In this document: positions 26,833 to 45,337 of the stretch, piece after piece
Position numbering within the stretch: the first letter of the stretch is position 1
Layout of the letters: each line of letters starts with the position of its first letter
Assembly: GCF_009914755.1 (NCBI RefSeq)
Contig: NC_060947.1
DNA: 64,000 bases
Origin: the human T2T-CHM13v2.0 reference genome, Homo sapiens
Reading direction: 5' to 3' (one strand)
Notes under the pieces: generated by a model
Seen by the model: the letters and a program-made list of their open reading frames with translations, nothing else
Database searches by the model: none
What the model was told of the DNA's origin: nothing
Program-made: the position numbers and the translations under genes

Positions 26833-27358
26833 TGTTAAAGTAAAAGTTATTCATGACACTCACTAAAGAATGGTAAGAAAGACTTTATTTAGGACTACTG
26901 CAATAGGTATATGGATTACTGCAATGGTGTTTTGCAGTAGAGGGAGAGGGACTGGGCTCAACTCTGAATACAAGGAAAAGTGGGAATTTATACACAGGGA
27001 GTAGAGAGGGGGATCAGTAAATGGAAATTATTAAGGGGAAGCATAACTGGTGAGGGGGATCAATAAATGGAAATTATTAAGGGGAAGCATAACTGGTAAG
27101 GGGGCGATTCTGACTAAACAGACCTAGCTATATTTTTGCTAAAGACAGGCCAGGGTAATCAGACCTGGGGGGCTGATGAGAGACAAAGATTTCGTTTGAT
27201 ATCAAGGATGTAGGATTCTGGCTAAATCAATTTAGCAGGATTCTTCCCCAAATTGGGCAATGAAAAGATGGACATGGAAGTCCAAAAGTTGAGCCTTAAT
27301 TAGGAAGATAATGCAGAGAAGCCCGAATAAAGTTTGGTCAAGGAGAAACTCCTTGTCA
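26833..27358 (-). mobile_element. MER31-like ERV1 solo LTR with internal 46-bp tandem duplication
   Basis: Minus start tgacaaggagtttctccttgaccaaacttt; TSD TACT at 26829-26832 and 27359-27362. Confidence 0.8.
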
Positions 27359-27805
27359 TACTTCACCAAAGAAGATGTACAGTTGGCAAATTAGTACATG
27401 AAAGTATGCTGAATATTATTGATCATTAGGGAAATCAAAACTAAAATGATGAAGTACCACTGCTCACCTATTAGAACGGCAAAATAATTTCTGATAAGTA
27501 CTGGTAAGGCTATGAAACAACTAGAAATACATTGCTGGTATGAATGCTAAATAGTATAGCCACTTTGGAAAACAGTTTATTGGTTTCTTGTAAAGTTTAG
27601 TGTTCAAAACAATCAGAAACTTCACACAAGTGAAATAAAAATGTTAAGTTTACAAAAAAAATCTGCTCATGAATGTTCATAGTGGCTTTATTCACAATCA
27701 CCAAAATTTGAAACAATAGAAATTTTTTTCCAATGTAGAATGAACAAAAATAATGTGGTATATTCACACAATAAAATACTACTCAGCAATAAAAATGAAT
27801 GAATT

Positions 27806-28092
27806 GGCCGGGCGTGGTGGCTCATGCCTGTAATCCCAGCACTTTGAAAGGCCGAGGTGGGCGGATCACGAGGTCAGGAGATCGAGACCATCCTGGCTAA
27901 CACGGAGAAAACCCGTCTCTAGTAAAAATACAAAAAAATTAGCCAGGCATAGTGGAGGGCGCCTGTAGTCCCAGCTACTTGGGAGGCTGAGGCAGGAACC
28001 CGAGAGGCGGAGCTTGCAGTGAGCCGAGATTGAGCCACTGTACTCTAGCCTGGGCGACAGCACGAGACTCTGTCTCAAAAAAAAAAAAAAAA
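27806..28092 (+). mobile_element. AluY
   Basis: gagaccatcctggctaacacgg and gcggagcttgcagtgagccgagat diagnostics; TSD GAATGAATT. Confidence 0.95.
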
Positions 28093-28728
28093 GAATGAAT
28101 TATTGATATATCCAATGACTTAATAGATCTCAAATTTGTTATGCTAAATGAAAGAAGCCAAATTTAAAGGATACATAGAGCATGATTTCATTTATATGCT
28201 CATGTGGAAAAGACAAAATTATATGGACAGAAAATAGGTCCATAGCTACTAGAGGCTGGGAGTGGGAGGACAGGTTGAATTGAAAGGGCCACATGGAAAT
28301 ATGTTTTGGGTGATGGCTGTGTTCTATATAGTGATTAAGGAAATATATGACTTTATCTGTTTCTGAAAATAGTAAAATTGTATACCTAAAGGGTAAATTT
28401 TACTGTTTGTAATTTGTACCTTAAAAAATGAAAAACACAGGATGTATAATAGCCCTTTTCAGATAAAAACTGAAGAAATTTGCTGACAGCAGATCTGGCC
28501 TCTGAAAGAAGATAAAGAAAATCATTCACTACAAAGAAAAATGATACTAGAGAGAAACAGAAATCAATAACAAAATGAAATGAGACAGAAACGGCAAATA
28601 TGTGGGTAAATATAAATGCTTTTGTTTTGTTTTTTAGTTTCTATATTTTTAAAAAACTAATATTTGAAGCATAAATAAAATATAGTAATGTTTTACTTAG
28701 CAATAAGATACACTCTAATAAATGCTTT

Positions 28729-34696
<5,968 letters not shown>

Positions 34697-37309
34697 CTAA
34701 TAAATGCTTTATTTGGCAATTTCATTGTTGTGTGAACATCACAGAGTATACTTACACAAACCTATATGGTATTGCCTACTGTGTACCTATGATATATGGC
34801 ATAGCTTAATGTTCCTAAGCTATAAACCTATGTAGCATATTACTGTACTAAATACTGTAGGCAATTGTAAGGCAATGGTAAGTATTTGTGTATCTAAACA
34901 CAGCAAAGGTACAGTAACAATATGATAGTATAATCTTTTCAGACCACCATCATATATGCTGTTAGTCTCTGAAATTTCATTATGTGATGCATGATTGTAT
35001 TTTACTGCAGGATTTTTGATGTATGTAGAAGTTAAATGCATGACAACATAGCACACAGTATAAGAAGGAAAGTAGAATTACACTTTTGTTAATGTTTTGA
35101 ATTTTATACAAAGTTATATAATATTCATTCTAAGTAGATTGTGAAAAGTTAGGGATACAAATTATAATAAAAAATAATGAAATAAGGATTAATAGGTATG
35201 AGTAAAAATCCAGCAGAGGATATAAAATAATAGACTAAAATATTAAAATAACACCAAGAAGCAGTAAATAAGGACAAAAGAAACGAATAATGTGTGGGAC
35301 AAGTAGAAAACAAATAGCTTAGAAGGAAGACAAATAAATCATATCAAAAATGTGTCAATTCACTAGGAAGACATCACAATCCTCAAAGTGAATGAACCAA
35401 ATAACAAAGTTACAAAATAGATGAAGTGAAAATTGATGGAACTAAAGTAAGAAACACAGAAAGCCATAGTCATTGTTGGTGAGTGCATTACCCTCCTCAG
35501 TAACTGATAAAACAAGTAGACAAAAGATCATAAGGCTGTAAAATCTTTCAAAAACAATGTCAACTTACTGAATCTGATTGACACTTATAGATCACCTCAA
35601 TTTCTGAACACATTGTTTTTCATGTACACATGGGATTTCTGTCAAGAATGACAATTGCGGGGTAATAAAATATGCATTGATACACTTGAAAAGACTAAAC
35701 ACTTATGGCATATGTTCTTTGAACATAACAAAATAAAGTTGAAAATGAATAATAAGAAAATATTTAGAAAATACCCCAAACTTTGGAAATTAACCAACTT
35801 TTCTAAATAACTCATGGGCCAAAGAATGCATCACAAAGGAAGCTAAAAATACATCAAATTGAATTTGAATGAAAGCACAGCATGCCAAAATTTGTGGAAT
35901 GCTACTAAAGCAATACTTACAGGAAAATGTATACCTTTGCCTGCATATTTTATAAAATAAATAAGATTTTAAATCAATGATTAGATCACTTTTCCCATTT
36001 TAAAGGCTTTACACTACCTAATTTCTATCTTTCTATAATGCTACAGTAATTGAGATGTTGTGGTATTATAAATGGATATACAAATAGCTCAAAAAAACAG
36101 AATATAGCATCCAGAAAAAGACTCACATACAATCAATTTTTAAGAAAGAGCTTAATGCCATTCAAAGAAGAAGTTAATTTGAACAAATAGGGCTGGAGCA
36201 ACTTAATAAATATAGGGAAAAACTAACCTTGTCCCCTTTTTACCCAGTGCACAAATATTAATTTGAGATGGATTAAGACCTTAATATAAAAGCTAAAACT
36301 GCAAAAGTTTTTAGAAGAAAACATTACAGAATATTTTGGGGAACACAGAGTCTGCACAGATTTCTTAGAGTGGTCACCACAAAAATATATTCAGCATAAA
36401 GAAAAATGATAAATTGGACTTCATCAAAATAAAAGTCTGCTTTTCAGTAATCATCCTTATGAAAATAAAAATGCTAACCACAGAGGGAGTGAAAATTTTA
36501 GCAACACACATGTCTGCAAAGAACTTGTGTCTAGAATATATAAATATCTCTCAAAAATGACTAATAAAAAATGGACAAAATACTTGGACAAATACTATAT
36601 AAAAGAAGATTTGTAAATAGCCAATCAGTGTATGTAAAGATTCGCATGTTATTAGTTATCAGGGAAATGGAAACTAAAACTGCAGAAATACAAACACCTC
36701 AGAAAACTGGTTGACAATATTTTAAACAGTTAAACACATACCACTCATATTACTCTATGATTCCACTTCTTGGTATTTATTTAAACAAAAAACAAATTTG
36801 ATCACACAGACTTGTATGTGAATGCTTATAGTAGTTTTATTCAAAATAGTCAAAAATGGGGAATAATTTTAAAGTCTTTCAGCAAGATGGTACATAAACT
36901 GAGATATATTCAAATAATGAAGTAATATTTAGCAATAAAAATGAACTACTGATACACAAACCAACATGTATGAATCTCATAGAAATAATGTTGACATTAC
37001 TTGGAGTAGAATAATCCCACTCTTCTGTATTTGTCACGAGATGTGATCATTTGCAAATCTGCCTGTTTCTAGAGGAAATATACAAAACACTACATTTTTA
37101 TGATTCTATTTAGATGAAGTTCTAGAACATGCAAATTTAACCGATGGCAATAGAAATCAGAGCAGTGATTTCTTATCAAGCGGAATATGATTAGAAAAAG
37201 GAAGCACCAGGGTCTCTTGACCTTATATTGAGTGGATATAAATTACATGTGTGTATATTATATGTGAATGTTTTTATTACATGTGTGTATATAAAATCTC
37301 ATGAAATTG

Positions 37310-38148
37310 TGATACAAACAGGAGACAGGAAAATACTGGATAGAAGAGGGCAATTCCCTGGCAAAGGCCCCACCCTCGAGCCTGGAAACCCACAGCCATA
37401 AATGGGAATAGGCATTCCTGTTTTCACATACAAAGGTTGCCTTTTGGTCCACCACATCTCCCTATCCTGTACCAATATAAACCCCAAACCCCAAGCTCCA
37501 CAAGCAGATGAGCAGATAAGCAAATGCACAGAAGAGCAGAAGAGAAGAGAAGAGAAGAGAAGAGAAGAGAAGAGAAGAGAAGAGAAGAGAAGGAGAGAAG
37601 ACAAGGAGTGTATGAACTTCGAGAGGAGTTCAGCTGAGGATGATCAGAGAGGAGATTGGCCGCTGAGCAGCCAAACTCCAGAGGAAGATCATGTTTTCAC
37701 TCCATCCCACTTCCAGCTCCCCATCCTTCCTACTGAGAGCTACCTCCACCACTCAATAAAACCCCCGCATTCACCACCCTTCAAGTTTATCTGTGACCTG
37801 ATTTTTTCTGAATGTCGGACAAGAACTTGGGATACAGAAAGCTGTCACACTGGCTCACTGCCCTTGCGAAAAGGCAGAGAGTCCACTGAAATGTTTAACA
37901 CTTAAGCCGTCTGTGGGAAGCAAAGCTAAAAGAGCCCAAAGTAACACATACCCACTTGGGTTTTGGGAGTCTCAGACATCCATCCCTAGATGCTACCATC
38001 GGGCCAGAGCCCAAAAAAGGGCTCACCCCAGCTCCTGCACCTGCCCCTCTGCATGTTCACCCTCCTGTAAGGGGTTTGAGTGCTGGACATACGAGCCACA
38101 CCCCTGTCGCATGTCCTGCAAGGAAGATCAGGGAACTCTCCCATTTCA
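37310..38148 (+). mobile_element. MER50-like ERV1 solo LTR with (AGAAG)n expansion at ~37540-37590
   Basis: tgatacaaacaggagacaggaaaatactggatagaagaggg...ccatttca; TSD ATTG at 37306-37309 and 38149-38152. Confidence 0.85.
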
Positions 38149-39614
38149 ATTGTACATTTACAGTCTGTTCATTTCACTGTATGTAAATTTAACCTTGATA
38201 ATATTTTTAAGTTTCAAGTTAATTTGTTGAGAAAATATATTTAGACTGATTAATACAGAGGGAAATTTGCCCAACATACAAGAATTCCTTTTCTTTTTTG
38301 ATCTAGTTTTGTTTACTTGCAAAAATTTTACATGTAGTTTTGAAACCTCAATTCAAATAGCCGTGTGTTCTGTGGCTCTGTTCTTAAAAGTCATTCAGCA
38401 TCACCAAAGCACATATATTGATTTAACAGTCAATATTAGCTTTTAAGTATAATAGATATATACCATGTAACTACTATTATTCATATATATCTAAGTTATC
38501 ATTTATGTGGGAGAAGGTTATTTAATTTCTTTTACTCAAGGATTTAAAAAATAGACCAGGAAGATTATTGAATAAATGCTCAAGATGCCTTGTAATCAGC
38601 AGTGTTGGATAAAAATCAGAAAAAAAATCTTTTAATTACATTGGTGGTTTGGATAAAATGAATTCAAACCTTTTTACTTATTTGGATAAAATGAATTCAA
38701 ACTTTTACATTACTTAGAGTAGAATTATCCACTCCCCTGCATTTGACATCCCCTAAAGGAGATGTGATTATTTGCAAATCTGACTGTTTTTAGAGGAAAT
38801 ATCAACTATCCACAACTATTTGCAGTACTTAAGTTCAGCGGATCTAAAGACTCTTGACACAAAATATTACTAGGCATGACATCAGAAATTTACCATGACA
38901 GGTTGCTAAAAATTTAAGGGGGGATACACTATTTTTGTCTTGATTAGGATGCCAGCATTCATCTGTACTAGCTAATCTCAACAAGGAAAGGTATGGGGGA
39001 ACTTAGATGTCTGCAGCTTTCAGCAATTGGTTCATCTATCTGTTTCCAGAATAAGTGAATTACTTATCAGTGACTCAGCACGTCTCTGGTGTTTGAAGGT
39101 GTATTGCACAGATTAAAATGGGGGTTTATTTGTTTCTGGAGCCAGGAAACAAATCCAATTAAATGATTTGAAAAGATTTTTATTTCTGAAAGTTATGAAA
39201 AATGTCTTTAATATAAAAATTGAGTGTCTGCATTTTATGAACCACCCTGTACTTAGACTCCAATGTATTTTCAATACTTGCCTTTTCACATGTTAATGGC
39301 TATTAAATGCCCATGTGTTGTAAATAAAATTTCAGAAGATATTAGAATAGGAAATAAAAATGAAAAAAAAAAAGCTGAAGCTACACTTTCTCTTTCCTAA
39401 CAGAACCTCAATTTTGTTTGGGTATCTACTCCATCTCCAGCTCCACATGGAATGGCTATTTGATGATGGAATCAGTGCAGTATTTCTCTTGGCTATTCTT
39501 GTCCAGATAAGTTATGTAATCTAAGTTAACTAATCAGAGTTAATTATATTCATCTTTTGGAGAGAAGTCATTCTGTTTTGTTTCAATGAATAAATTAAAA
39601 ACTAAGCATTCCCA

Positions 39615-39950
<336 letters not shown>

Positions 39951-40103
39951 TTAGGAGAGCAAAGTAAAGAGATGCATATTTTATTGAATCATTGAAACAC
40001 TGGTGTTTCTGTATTTGAAGCCTGCCCTACCTCTAATCTTCCTGGTATGCCGAGAAATGTATTTCCTTATGGTTTATGGAATTTGATTCAGTCTTTCTTA
40101 TCT

Positions 40104-40424
40104 TTTTAAAAAAAATTTATGTAATTTTATATATTTTAAGTTTATTTATTTATTTATTTTAAAAACAGAGTCTTGCTCCATCATATAGGCTGGGGTGCAG
40201 TGGCTTGATCATGGCCTCAAACTCTTGGACTCAGGCAGTCCTCCTGCCTCAGCCTTCTGAGTAGCTAGGACTACAAGCAAAAGCCACTACACTCAGCTAA
40301 CTATTTGTAGAGACAGAGTCTTGCTATGTTGCCCAGGTTTGTCTTGAACTCCTGGCAACAAGCTATCCTCCTGCCTCAGCCTCCCAAAGTGCTGGGATTA
40401 CAGGAGTGAGCAACTGCGCCTGGT
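40104..40424 (-). mobile_element. AluJ-like with degenerate AT-rich tail
   Basis: caggcagtcctcctgcctcagcc, ctatcctcctgcc; TSD agt(c/t)tttcttatc at ~40090-40103 and ~40426-40438. Confidence 0.9.
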
Positions 40425-41064
40425 TAGTTTTTCTTATCAAAAATATTCTTCTAAACATCATGAAAGTACCTCGTTATATATACTTGGGCCTTGCTTCACA
40501 GTAAAATATTTTGCTGTTGGCCTGAGTTTTGGGCTAACATACTCATAGTTTATGGATCTTGTCTACATTGCAAGCAACAGAGAAAACTTGAATATATTTT
40601 GGTTTATACAGTGTAATCCAATTCTGAAGGGGTTACCAAACTATCTTCAAGAATACAGATAGTAGCATATGTTGATAGGTCAGTGGCACCAGAATTCTCA
40701 AAATTATAAAAAACCTCAGGTGTGAAATAAAGCCTCAAAATCAAAATCTCCCAAACACAGCGTCAAACAATCATGAATTGAACTCAAGAAAATTGGACTA
40801 AAGTATAACAATTTTGGAAGAATAAAGATTCAAAAAGGAGTAATTTCTATTTTATCTGCTCTCTGACTATTGAATGATAATAGGTGCCAATGGCCTTGTT
40901 GAAGTTTTCTGTTAGAGAATTGTGGTTCAATTTCATTCCAGAGCATGAGATAGTGGTAAAAAAATAGAGAGGAGATTATGTTAAGTGGGAGAAGCAGAAA
41001 AAAGATGACCTGTGCTTACGTTCCATCAATACAGAAATAATTTTACAATGCAGGCTTAACTTTC

Positions 41065-41386
41065 ACAAGTTAGGATTGGGAGGGGCTGGAAGAAAAAGAT
41101 CTAGCTATGTTAATAGAGATTCTTTATAGATGTAAATTTTCCGCCACAAAGGACAGCTTTGCAGGGCCATTTCAAGATATGGCAAATAAACGTGTTTGGG
41201 GGTAAAATATTTTGACTTTCTTCTTTGTCACATAATGTTATGCCAGAGTCAGATTGGAAAGTAAGTCACGATATATAAGGTTCAATAAAACCCATCTGAT
41301 GAGAATTTGTGGTTTGCAGGGCATGACTCTCCAGAGCCCTTAGATGGGAATTTGGGCAAGATAAAGAAATCAGAGCTTAATTCTCA
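41065..41386 (-). mobile_element. MER4-family LTR, 5' part only
   Basis: Minus start tgagaattaagctctgatttctttatcttgcccaaattcc...cagatgggttttatt; plus-strand acagctttgcagggccatttcaa. Confidence 0.7.
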
Positions 41387-41478
41387 TCTACCTATTAAGC
41401 CAGGTTGCAGTTTGTCCACAAGGACTCAAATATAGAGGTATGGAGTCCTTCTCAGGCCATATTTAGTTTGCTTTGACA
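41387..41478 (-). mobile_element. 5' stub of a second ERV1 LTR (MER57-like)
   Basis: Minus tgtcaaagcaaactaaatatggcctgagaaggactcc...gagtccttgtggac. Confidence 0.6.
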
Positions 41479-42109
41479 CTAAATTAGGAAGAAAAATACA
41501 AATTGAGTTAAGCTGCAGTTCTACTTTCCACAGTAGTAGAAAACAGTAGAACATCAGGTTTGAAATGTGAGATTTGATTTTGGTCAAGTATTCTAAGCCC
41601 AAAGAGAAGCAAGTAGCTAACAATGATATAATTTTCTGAGACACATTTGGAAGTTTCAGAAAAGCTATAAAGATTGATTTATCTTGGGGAAATGAAATAG
41701 GGTGAGGATGGAAAAGAGAGAGATTTTAATAGTGTATTGGTGTTTACAAATGCAGGCCCAGATTTAGAACTTTGAAAAACACAGTTAAATTGTACCAGGC
41801 CAATCTCCTGAATGGCTCTGAGCAGTGAGGTACTTGACAAGTTGCAGAACAATGTTTCCCAAGCACTCATGGTCTTTCCTACCAAACTAGGTCTGTGGTG
41901 TTTGGATATGAAGTTTATTTTTTCACAGACATTAAAAATCCTAAGGTAATCTTTAATTTCTCTCTCCATCAAATTGTAAAGGAAGAAATAAATTTAAAGT
42001 TCTAAATTGCCCAGATTGTTATCTAACTTTCTGAATTTGATAGAATACAGTTAAATATATTTTAACTGTCTCTAATTCAATGAAGGATCATGATTTGAAA
42101 CCCTCAAAT

Positions 42110-42295
42110 AATGAGCATCTACTATGCTTTGCGTTTTGCATGAATTATCTGAATTAATCCTTACTATGTCTCCATAAGATTTATTTCTATTATAATTCCC
42201 ATTTTACAAATGAGGAAATTGAGATTTTAATTTGTTCAAAGTCACTATGCTAGCAAGTGGATGATTCAGGACTTAAATTCTGATCTGTCTTACTT
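42110..42295 (-). mobile_element. MIR fragment
   Basis: cccattttacaaatgaggaaattgag core. Confidence 0.65.
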
Positions 42296-43069
42296 CTAAA
42301 CATTTTAAAACATATGTTGTAACACAAACTGGGATACACATAAACGATTTTTTTAAAAAGTGAATAAATGATACTGGAAAAAATTAGAGTAGAAAATATT
42401 AGGCAACAACACAGGTTCGTGAACTTTTCTTTGAGATGTGTGAGTATGTGCACAGCATGTGCATATGAGTTATATTAAAATCATATTTCTGACTGTACCA
42501 CAGTAAAAAAATGAAAAATACTGCTATCTATACTCTTGAATCAAAATGATCTGTGGCAATTATAATATGCAAAAGAAGAAAAATCTTAAAGTACTATGAC
42601 TGTCAGATTTGATTGGTAACTTCCTCAGATTTAGAAGCTGTATAGGCTATTTTTTTATTTTCTCCTTCACTAGATAGATAAGCAGATATCTCTCAGATGG
42701 TTCTCTGAATTTTGCAATTCAGAATTTGATCAACAACTCTGGGGTGCTTAAGCGTATACAATATCTCATTTGATGCCAAGCAGCACTGTGAGTTAGGGCT
42801 CGTGCAAACATTAGAGACAAGGACACAACTTAAATACCTTTTTCACATGTCACCCAACTAGTACAGGACAGAAATAGGAAACAAATATGGATTCAATGAT
42901 GCCAACCCCTTTTCACTCTCCTCACCTGCATATGGGAGGTACTCCATCTACACACAACTTTTAGATTTAGAGCAGAAAACAGGATGGTTATGAAGAGTGA
43001 GTCCTTACATCACGAGTGTAGATATGTTGCTATGGCTTGTTGTACGAGTATTAAAGGTATTTCCTTCTT

Positions 43070-43389
<320 letters not shown>

Positions 43390-43949
43390 TGACAGCATCA
43401 GGAAAATAAATCCAAAGGGTCATTCAGTTTAGAGAACAATAAGTAACACAGAGTCCTGCAGTCTGGAAATTACCAGTGTGTCAGGAATGAAGAATCCTTT
43501 GATGCTGACCTTTGTGGTAACAGGAAGTGGGAAATTAAATTGGGACTATTTTAAGTAAGATGCTAATTGATAGGCCAGGAAACTTAATTTAGCAACAATA
43601 TATTTTATGAGGAGGTTCAATAGCTTATTGCTCTTTACAAATCTCTTATTCTGAATTATATAAAATGTTAATTATAATTGGAATAATAAGTTGATTCTGA
43701 TGGTCATTAGTCAATGCACTCAGTAGAGGCCTTCTGATAGATGGCAGACAGGACAACTCTAGAAATATTTTGATACATCGTTTAGTGCTAGATATATTAT
43801 AGGCACATATGGAAAAAGAACCCACCTGTAATTTATCTGTTCACCTAGCTCAAATATAATTAGATATACAAATAAGAAATAAACGTGAAAAAATACAACC
43901 ACCATGTTTAGGAAAATACAAGTGAGACAAGAATGAAATACTGTATTTT

Positions 43950-44725
43950 GAACACTGTTGTTGGGAATGTAAATTAATACAGCCATTATGGAAAATAGTG
44001 TAGAGGTTCCTCAAGAAACTAAAAATAGAATTACCATATGTTACAGCAATTCCATTTCTGGGTGTTTAACTGAAAGATCTGAAATCAATATGTCAAAGAG
44101 ATGTCAGTACTCCCATGTTCATTGCAGCACTATCCAGAATAGCCAGGTTATGGAATCAAATTAAGCGTCCATCAGTGGATGAGTGGATAAAGAAAATGTG
44201 ATGTATATACACCATGGAATACTATTCAGCCCTAAAAAAGAATGAATTCTGTCATTTGCAACAACATGGATGGCATTAGAGAATTTATGCTAAATGAAAT
44301 AAGCCAGGCACAGAAAGACAAATACCACATTTTCTTACTTATGTGTGGAATCTAAAGCAATTGAACTCACAGAAGCAGCAAGTAGAGTGGTGGTTACACA
44401 GAGGTTGGGGGATGGGGAGAATAGGGAGAGTCAAATAACACAAAGTTTCATTTAGGAGGAATAAGCTTGATTTTTTTAAATCAATTTCACAACGTGGTGA
44501 ATATAGTTAATAATTGAGTTCTGTACATTTTAATATAACTAACAGAGTAAATTTCTAATGTTCCCATCCCAAAAAATGTTAAATATTTAAGGTGATGAAT
44601 ATTAATTTGATTAAGCTTTCCTCATTGTATTCAAAAGTTATGACACCAATTTTAACCTCATAAATGTATACGACTATAATTTGACAATATATACTAAAAA
44701 AATAATTTTTAAAGAATAAAAAACC
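43950..44725 (+). mobile_element. L1MA-like 3' end
   Basis: actgttgttgggaatgtaaattaatacagccattatggaaaa...3'UTR and A-rich end. Confidence 0.88.
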
Positions 44726-45337
44726 ATATTTAGTCATAACTCACAAATTCTCAAGTGCTTTTGAGATGGCTTTCCTGAAAGTACTAATATAGTATTTAGC
44801 TACTACCAGCTTCATTTCCATTTCTAGGTGCAAGTAACCAGGAGACGGAATGCTACAGTGTTATTGTTGGCAAAAGTCCAGGTCTTTCAGTTGTCAGTAC
44901 TCCCTGGCAATGCATGAGTTTTATGACATTAAAGAGTTAGGAAATTATGTCTTCGTGTTATACATAAATTGATGTCAAAAAATTATTTACCTATCACGAA
45001 GCATCTCAAACTACAGCTGTAATATAAGACAAGACACCTGGATTTCGAATCAGAAGACTATACTCAAATGAAAAGTTAAAATATAGTAGCTGGGTAATGT
45101 TGAAAATTACTTAGGCTTCAGTTTCTTTACCTGAAAATGATAGATGATAATTCCTTTTTACAACATGTTGTAATATTTGAGGTTGAATTATATAAAATTG
45201 CCAATATTTAGTCATGTTTATGTACAAAAATGATAATTTCATTTAGATCAACCTAATAGTAATAGCTACACACTTATTAAATCTTTGTTATAGGTATTTT
45301 GCTATAGTTTACATGTTACAGTAGATTACAATGATGG

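Larger units (their letters stand above)
26690..28430 (+). mobile_element. Old L1M (MC/MD-like) 3' part, interrupted by MER31 and AluY
   Basis: aaaatatttgcaaatc...gaacaggtact|tcaccaaagaagat...ccactttggaaaacagttt...aattttactgtttgtaatttgtacc. Confidence 0.8.

Noticed and set aside
37402-37905. 167-aa ORF with REEKR repeats
   Set aside because: Translation of an (AGAAG)n microsatellite inside a MER50-like LTR.
39085-39250. Possible Tc1/mariner-like MITE ending ...accaccctgta
   Set aside because: Only one TIR-like end is visible; no convincing partner.
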